DNA of 10,636 nucleotides from a virus (Duplodnaviria; Heunggongvirae; Uroviricota; Caudoviricetes): IMG/VR virus record IMGVR_UViG_2534682295_000015, positions 1 to 10,636 of that record; one strand, 5' to 3'. Shown piece by piece: positions 6,584 to 10,636 of this stretch (position 1 is its first letter; each line of letters starts with the position of its first letter). The notes under the pieces were generated by a model. It saw only the letters and a program-made list of their open reading frames with translations, ran no database searches and was not told where the DNA came from. The position numbers and the translations under genes were made by a program.

Positions 6584-7134
6584 TTTACCCAACGAACACA
6601 GGAAAAAGCGGAGAGCACCTTCGTCTCACCACGCTGGAAAGTGTCTGGATTCAGGGGAAACTACGTATGTGGGGGCGCTGGTCGTATATTGGCGGCGGTA
6701 AGACGGGAAATATGTTCAACCAGTTGCTGACCTCTAAAAAGCTGACAAAAACGGCAATTAACGAGGCGCTCCGGAGGATGAAAAAAGCAGGTCTGGACAA
6801 ACCTGAACTTGAGGCTTTTTTGCGGGATATGATCAACGGCAAGCAAAAAAGCTGGCTGGTGCATTGTACCGATTCAGAGGCGTTAATAATCGACAGGGTT
6901 ATTGGTGAAGTACTGGCAGGTTATCCCGGGCTGCTCAATGTTCTGAGTCAGCGTTATGTGGGGCGGGGGATGACTAAGCGCAAAATGGCTGAATTGCTGA
7001 ATGATGCACATCCGGAATGGAGTTTAAGAACCTGTGAAAGACGCATTGAGCATTGGCTAAAGGTGGCAGAATTTATTTTGTACAAACCAATGGTTATGGC
7101 TTTTGGTATAGAGAAAAAAGTTATTGCTTTTTGA
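6580..7134 (+). CDS. Late-gene antiterminator Q-like protein
   Basis: ATG 6580 overlaps the upstream TGA (ATGA) and is preceded by AAAGGA; the ORF-track start at 6460 lies inside the upstream gene and is rejected. 184 aa. Sits directly upstream of an intrinsic terminator and the late-operon cargo (MTase, tRNAs, esterase), the canonical Q position. Family call is mainly positional. Confidence 0.6.
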   Translation: MIYPTNTGKSGEHLRLTTLESVWIQGKLRMWGRWSYIGGGKTGNMFNQLLTSKKLTKTAINEALRRMKKAGLDKPELEAFLRDMINGKQKSWLVHCTDSEALIIDRVIGEVLAGYPGLLNVLSQRYVGRGMTKRKMAELLNDAHPEWSLRTCERRIEHWLKVAEFILYKPMVMAFGIEKKVIAF

Positions 7135-7212
7135 CGTAAAAACTGCTTCAATTCCGGTAAGCTTCGCAAAGCTGTACCGCGAGGCGAATAGCAGACATGG
7201 ACATTTGAAAGA
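7131..7212 (+). promoter_or_regulatory. Candidate late promoter PR'/qut region between Q-like gene and terminator
   Basis: TTGACG at 7131-7136 overlaps the Q stop codon, but no convincing -10 hexamer is visible at 17 +/- 1 nt spacing. Placed mainly by analogy with lambdoid Q-PR'-tR' architecture. Confidence 0.2.
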
Positions 7213-7213
7213 G

Positions 7214-7235
7214 CCCGCTTTTTGCGGGTTTTTTT
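7214..7235 (+). terminator. Rho-independent terminator (tR'-like) downstream of the Q-like gene
   Basis: GC stem CCCGC (7214-7218) / GCGGG (7224-7228) with TTTTT loop, followed by a 7-nt T-run (7229-7235). Confidence 0.6.
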
Positions 7236-7359
7236 ATGACTGAAAAACGGCACGGGGCGTTAAACGCGCTGGTGGTTGCTAATACCGGTCTTTCAACTTG
7301 CTGGCTTTTTCGACAAGAGTTATTGGTATGTCACGTTAACCGGAAAAGGGAAAAAGACA

Positions 7360-7556
7360 TGCTGAAACAGCAGGATATGACAGAAACCGCCAGAGTGGTG
7401 TTTAATGAATTAAGCGTTACCGAACCGGCGACAGTCGGGGAGATTGCGCAGAATACTTACCTTTCACGCGAACGCTGCCAGTTAATACTGACCCAGCTGG
7501 TTATGGCGGGTCTGGCAGACTATCAGTTTGGTTGTTACAGACGCCTTCAGTCCTGA
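7360..7556 (+). CDS. Small hypothetical protein (65 aa) with helix-turn-helix-like segment
   Basis: ATG 7360 preceded by AAGGGA (7346-7351). The ORF-track start at 7236 lies inside the terminator T-run with no SD and is rejected. Product MLKQQDMTETARVVFNELSVTEPATVGEIAQNTYLSRERCQLILTQLVMAGL... looks like a winged-helix DNA-binding fold. Stop sits within a terminator hairpin. Confidence 0.4.
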
Positions 7557-7567
7557 AGGCTTTTTTA
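7543..7567 (+). terminator. Candidate rho-independent terminator
   Basis: GCCTTCAG (7543-7550) / CTGAAGGC (7553-7560) perfect inverted repeat followed by TTTTTTA (7561-7567). Confidence 0.4.
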
Positions 7568-7706
7568 TTTGTGGTAAATGGGCGGCTGGTGGGTGTAAGG
7601 GGCACCCACCAGCCATCTGCTCATGCGTTGGGTTCACAAGCAAACCTCAGGCCCACTGCTTTGCGCAAAAGCAGAATGAGCCTATCAGAGACAGGCTTAA
7701 TGATCC

Positions 7707-8765
7707 ATGCTTAATACTGTAAAAATATCCAGTTGTGAGTTAATCAACGCCGACTGCCTGGAATTTATGCGGTCGTTACCCGAAAATTCTGTTGACCTGA
7801 TAGTCACGGACCCGCCGTACTTCAAAGTGAAACCCGAGGGCTGGGATAACCAGTGGGCGGGTGATGAAGATTACCTGAAGTGGCTGGACCAGTGTCTTGC
7901 GCAGTTCTGGCGGGTGCTGAAACCTGCCGGAAGTCTTTACCTGTTCTGTGGCCATCGTCTGGCATCTGACACCGAAATCATGATGCGTGAGCGGTTTAAC
8001 GTGCTGAACCATATCATCTGGGCAAAGCCGTCCGGACGCTGGAACGGGTGCAACAAGGAAAGCCTGCGGGCGTATTTCCCCGCCACAGAGCGCATTCTGT
8101 TCGCAGAGCATTATCAGGGGCCGTATCGTCCGAAAGATGCCGGGTATGAGGCGAAGGGTAGGACACTGAAACAGCATGTGATGGCCCCGCTGATTGCTTA
8201 CTTTCGTGATGCGCGCGCTGTCCTGGGGATAACGGCAAAACAGATTGCAGATGCCACAGGAAAGAAAAACATGGTGTCGCACTGGTTCAGTGCCGGTCAG
8301 TGGCAGCTGCCGAACGAAAGCGATTATCTGAAATTACAGGCACTGTTTGCCCGGGTGGCAGAAGAGAAGCATCAGCGGGGTGAACTGGAAAAGCCCCACC
8401 ACCAGCTGGTGGATACGTATGCCTCTCTGAACCGACAGTATGCGGAGCTGCAGAGTGAATATAAGCATCTGCGGCGGTATTTCGGTGTGACGGTGCAGGT
8501 GCCGTACACCGATGTGTGGACGTATAAACCGGTGCAGTACTATCCAGGGAAACATCCGTGCGAAAAACCGGCAGAAATGTTGCAGCAGATAATCAGCGCA
8601 AGCAGTCGTCCGGGAGACCTGGTTGCAGATTTCTTCATGGGGTCGGGGTCGACAGTGAAAGCAGCGATGGCGCTGGGACGTCGTGCAACTGGCGTTGAAC
8701 TGGAGACTGAACGTTTTGAGCAGACGGTGCGGGAAGTACAGGATTTAATCATTCGTAACGGATGA
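7707..8765 (+). CDS. Phage DNA N6-adenine (or N4-cytosine) methyltransferase, beta class; apparently orphan
   Basis: 352-aa ORF with catalytic motif IV DPPY (VTDPPYF, nt 7809-7820) near the N-terminus and SAM-binding motif I FxGxG (FFMGSGST, nt 8631-8654) near the C-terminus. The order IV then I is diagnostic of the beta group. No adjacent endonuclease candidate. Confidence 0.9.
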   Translation: MLNTVKISSCELINADCLEFMRSLPENSVDLIVTDPPYFKVKPEGWDNQWAGDEDYLKWLDQCLAQFWRVLKPAGSLYLFCGHRLASDTEIMMRERFNVLNHIIWAKPSGRWNGCNKESLRAYFPATERILFAEHYQGPYRPKDAGYEAKGRTLKQHVMAPLIAYFRDARAVLGITAKQIADATGKKNMVSHWFSAGQWQLPNESDYLKLQALFARVAEEKHQRGELEKPHHQLVDTYASLNRQYAELQSEYKHLRRYFGVTVQVPYTDVWTYKPVQYYPGKHPCEKPAEMLQQIISASSRPGDLVADFFMGSGSTVKAAMALGRRATGVELETERFEQTVREVQDLIIRNG

Positions 8766-8805
8766 GATTGCGGAGTTAATCATGCGTCGTTATTATTCAG
8801 CAATC

Positions 8806-8881
8806 GGCCCTTTAGCTCAGCGGTGAGAGCGAGCGACTCATAATCGCCAGGTCGCTGGTTCAAATCCAGCAAGGGCCACCA
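8806..8881 (+). tRNA. tRNA with CAU anticodon (tRNA-Ile2-like, lysidine type, or tRNA-Met), 76 nt including CCA
   Basis: Folded by hand: 7-bp acceptor stem GGCCCTT/AAGGGCC, D-stem GCTC/GAGC, anticodon loop CTCATAA (anticodon CAT), T-stem GCTGG/CCAGC with loop TTCAAAT, 3' ACCA. Closely resembles E. coli ileX-type tRNA as I recall it. Confidence 0.85.
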
Positions 8882-8882
8882 A

Positions 8883-8948
8883 CCGCCACTAGCTCATCAG
8901 GAAAGAACGTCACCCTGTGCGAGATTCGGAGTCCCCGGTGGCGGTCCA
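8883..8948 (+). other. Degenerate tRNA-like element (possible tRNA remnant/pseudo-tRNA), 66 nt
   Basis: Perfect 7-bp acceptor pairing CCGCCAC (8883-8889) with GTGGCGG (8938-8944), followed by T + CCA (8945-8948). TA at positions 8-9 and a D-stem-like GCTC are present, but I cannot fold canonical D, anticodon or T arms, and it is ~10 nt too short. Confidence 0.35.
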
Positions 8949-8961
8949 TTATCGGTATTCT

Positions 8962-9038
8962 GCGTTGTTAGCTCAGCCGGACAGAGCAATTGCCTTCTAA
9001 GCAATCGGTCACTGGTTCGAATCCAGTACAACGCACCA
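8962..9038 (+). tRNA. tRNA-Arg (anticodon UCU), 77 nt including CCA
   Basis: Acceptor stem GCGTTGT/ACAACGC, D-arm AGCTCAGCCGGACAGAGC, anticodon loop CTTCTAA (anticodon TCT), T-loop GGTTCGAATCC, 3' ACCA. Resembles E. coli argU-type tRNA. Confidence 0.85.
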
Positions 9039-9325
9039 CACCACACTTATCTGCCCTGACTCTCTTTTGCGGGCTTTTTATTACAGGAAAGACACCGGAC
9101 AGTGAAATGTTAAATGCCTCACAATTCAGGCAGTTGACTGTTGCCTGACATGCTGAGCGTTTGTTAAAAAAATCCTGCATGATGAATCCCCCTGAGCGGC
9201 GGGGCATAATGACAGATGTTTGGTTGCGTATTGTATAGGCAAGTTGCGGATTCTGTCTGGTCATTGCAGAATTCACCGGGAGGCACCCGGCATCATGCTG
9301 TATACAGAGATTAGGCATATATCCA

Positions 9326-9350
9326 GGCTTCTCATCGCAGGAGCCTTTTT
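9326..9350 (+). terminator. Candidate rho-independent terminator (+ strand)
   Basis: GGCTTCT (9326-9332) pairs with AGGAGCC (9339-9345) including one G-U pair; loop CATCGC; followed by TTTTT (9346-9350). Confidence 0.35.
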
Positions 9351-9356
9351 ACATGC

Positions 9357-9382
9357 AAAAAAAAGCCCGAGTGGGTTCGGGC
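9357..9382 (-). terminator. Candidate rho-independent terminator (minus strand)
   Basis: Hairpin GCCCGA (9365-9370) / TCGGGC (9377-9382) with 6-nt loop, flanked on the plus strand by an 8-nt A-run (9357-9364), which is the T-run for a minus-strand transcript. Confidence 0.35.
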
Positions 9383-9440
9383 AACAGCATGAGATACTTG
9401 CATTGTCATTTTTATCGTGTGGATTTTAACCAGGGTTTAT

Positions 9441-9470
9441 AAGGCTGCGCAACTGCGCGGCCTTTTTCGT
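9441..9470 (+). terminator. Candidate rho-independent terminator (+ strand)
   Basis: AAGGCTGCGC (9441-9450) / GCGCGGCCTT (9455-9464) form a 10-bp stem (one G-U pair) with AACT loop, followed by a T-rich tail. Confidence 0.4.
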
Positions 9471-9561
9471 TTTGCGGGCTGCGGTTCTCCTCTTTTGATT
9501 CTCCTTGTGGCCGGACCGTGGCCCGCAACTGTTGAGGAAAATCCCGGAAAGGGGAGGAATA

Positions 9562-10636
9562 ATGACATTTAAACATTATGATGTTGTCAGGGCGGCGTCG
9601 CCGTCAGACCTTGCGGAAAAGCTGACACACAAACTGAAAGAGGGCTGGCAGCCGTTTGGTAGTCCGGTGGCCATAACCCCTTATACCCTGATGCAGGCGA
9701 TTGCCGCGGAGGGGGATGTGACCACGCCAGTGGTTGTGCCCGGCACGGGGGATGGTGGCTATCCGGGAGTGGTCACCACGGAGCCAGATTATTACTACGT
9801 TATTCCACTGGCCGGGCAGTCGAACGGCATGGCTTACGGTGAGGGGCTTCCTCTGCCGCAGACATATGACCGTCCTGACCCGCGTATAAAGCAACTGGCT
9901 CGTCGCAGCACAGTGACGCCGGATGGCGCTCCCTGTAAATATAACGACATTATTCCGGCAGACCACTGTCTGCATGATGTACAGGACATGAGCCGTCTTA
10001 ACCATCCGAAAGCTGACCTGTCGAAAGGTCAGTACGGAACCGTGGGGCAGGGGCTGCATATTGCCAAAAAGCTGCTGCCGTTTATACCGGCGAATGCGGG
10101 TATTCTTCTGGTTCCGTGCTGCCGTGGTGGTTCAGCTTTCACCACCGGGGCAGATGGAACATACAGTGACGTGACCGGTGCCTCAGAGAGTTCTACCCGC
10201 TGGGGTGTGGGCAGGCCGCTGTATAAGGATCTCATCGGTCGTACAAAAGCCGCGCTGGCAAAGAACCCGAAAAATGTGCTGCTTGCCGTGGTGTGGATGC
10301 AGGGGGAATTTGACTTTGACGGAACGCCAGCAAATCACACAGCCCGTTTTACAGAAGTAGTGGAACAATATCGTACGGACCTTGCAGATATGGTGGGACA
10401 GTGCGCTGGTGGTTCTGCTGACGGTGTTCCCTGGATATGTGGAGACACAACTTATTTCTGGAAGCAGAAGAGCGAATCCACTTACCAGACGGTGTACGGC
10501 AGTTACAAAAACAAAACGGAAAAGAATATTCACTTTGTGCCGTTCATGACCGATGAGAACGGAGCAAATGTCCCGACGAACAAACCGGAAGAAGACCCGG
10601 ATATTCCGGCATCAGGATATTACGGTGCGGCCTCGA
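9562..10636 (+). CDS. NanS-p-like prophage sialate O-acetylesterase (N-terminal DUF1737-like segment + SGNH/SASA esterase domain), 3'-truncated by window end
   Basis: Not in the ORF track because no stop is reached. My manual translation from ATG 9562 (GGAGG SD at 9554-9558) is open to the window end: MTFKHYDVVRAASPSDLAEKLTHKLKEGWQPFGSPV...YYYVIPLAGQSNGMAYGEGLPLP... The GQSN block is the SGNH/SASA-type catalytic motif. Position directly downstream of the phage tRNA cluster matches the esterase gene that follows stx in Stx phages. Confidence 0.75.
   Translation, partial: MTFKHYDVVRAASPSDLAEKLTHKLKEGWQPFGSPVAITPYTLMQAIAAEGDVTTPVVVPGTGDGGYPGVVTTEPDYYYVIPLAGQSNGMAYGEGLPLPQTYDRPDPRIKQLARRSTVTPDGAPCKYNDIIPADHCLHDVQDMSRLNHPKADLSKGQYGTVGQGLHIAKKLLPFIPANAGILLVPCCRGGSAFTTGADGTYSDVTGASESSTRWGVGRPLYKDLIGRTKAALAKNPKNVLLAVVWMQGEFDFDGTPANHTARFTEVVEQYRTDLADMVGQCAGGSADGVPWICGDTTYFWKQKSESTYQTVYGSYKNKTEKNIHFVPFMTDENGANVPTNKPEEDPDIPASGYYGAAS

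Larger units (their letters stand above)
1..10636. mobile_element. Segment of a lambdoid prophage (nin region - Q antiterminator - start of late operon), with an embedded low-GC cargo island
   Basis: Gene order and content typical of lambda-like phages: Ead/Ea22-like and DUF551 proteins, YbcO-like protein, Q-like protein followed by an intrinsic terminator, phage-type tRNA cluster, NanS-p-like esterase. Same-strand genes with overlapping stop/start codons. Inference from context, not from a search. Confidence 0.8.

Noticed and set aside
6651-7253. Minus-strand ORFs 6651..6842, 6661..6864, 6954..7253
   Set aside because: Antisense to the Q-like gene or spanning the tR' terminator; no support.
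7236-7359. ATG 7236 as start of the small ORF
   Set aside because: The ATG immediately follows the terminator T-run with no SD. The internal ATG 7360 with an upstream AAGGGA is more plausible.
7528-7722. Two overlapping + strand ORFs (64 and 60 aa) between the small ORF and the N6-MTase
   Set aside because: They overlap each other and a terminator hairpin, and have no SD or recognisable product. Likely non-coding leader of the MTase.
7776-8752. Minus-strand ORFs inside the N6-MTase gene (7776..8282, 8014..8238, 8334..8555, 8540..8752)
   Set aside because: Antisense to a gene with unambiguous DPPY and FxGxG motifs; typical shadow ORFs.
9039-9095. Terminator immediately after tRNA-Arg
   Set aside because: A T-run follows CTCTTTTGCGGGC, but I can only pair a 4-bp GCCC/GGGC stem with a long loop. 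Too weak to call.
8968-9429. ORFs 8968..9318 (minus) and 9220..9429 (plus)
   Set aside because: The first overlaps the tRNA-Arg gene on the opposite strand. Both span terminator hairpins and lack start signals.
9039-9561. Shiga toxin genes (stxA/stxB)
   Set aside because: Looked for them because of the Stx-phage-like context. The ~520-bp gap has no ORF of suitable size and nothing resembling stx coding sequence.
9604-10533. Minus-strand ORFs 9604..10059, 10029..10235, 10183..10533, and + ORF 10178..10360
   Set aside because: All lie inside the NanS-p-like ORF, whose + frame is open from 9562 to the window end with a strong SD and a GQSN esterase motif. They are antisense or out-of-frame shadows.
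1-10636. CRISPR array, insertion sequence or transposase
   Set aside because: No regularly spaced direct repeats with unique spacers anywhere in the window. No transposase-like ORF and no terminal inverted repeats flanking the island, so how it was acquired is not evident.

Overview
This 10.6-kb window reads as a segment of a lambdoid prophage from an enterobacterial (E. coli-like) genome, spanning the end of the early/nin region, a Q-like antiterminator and the start of the late operon. The most interesting content is a ~4.1-kb AT-rich island (about 1440..5540; roughly 25-38% GC versus ~50% in the flanks, estimated by eye on sampled lines). It carries a Dcm-like cytosine-5 DNA methyltransferase (1695..2846, +) convergent with a two-gene minus-strand operon: a GHKL/Bergerat-fold ATPase (3803..5194) translationally coupled to a ~329-aa protein with no motif I can recognise (2814..3803). 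This looks like a horizontally acquired restriction-modification-like or other anti-phage cargo module, and I cannot match the three-gene combination to a named system from memory. Outside the island, on the + strand: an Ead/Ea22-like + DUF551 protein (116..868), two small coupled ORFs (868..1263, 1260..1343), a nin-type block (5694..6293; YbcO-like 6293..6583; Q-like antiterminator 6580..7134), a tR'-like terminator (7214..7235), a small HTH-like ORF (7360..7556), a beta-class N6-adenine methyltransferase (7707..8765), a tRNA cluster (tRNA CAU 8806..8881, a degenerate tRNA-like element 8883..8948, tRNA-Arg UCU 8962..9038), a gene-free terminator-rich gap at the position where Stx phages carry stxAB, and the 5' part of a NanS-p-like sialate O-acetylesterase (9562..>10636). 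No CRISPR array, rRNA, transposase or integrase is visible. All functional calls rest on motif recognition and gene context read by eye; no database search or computation was possible.
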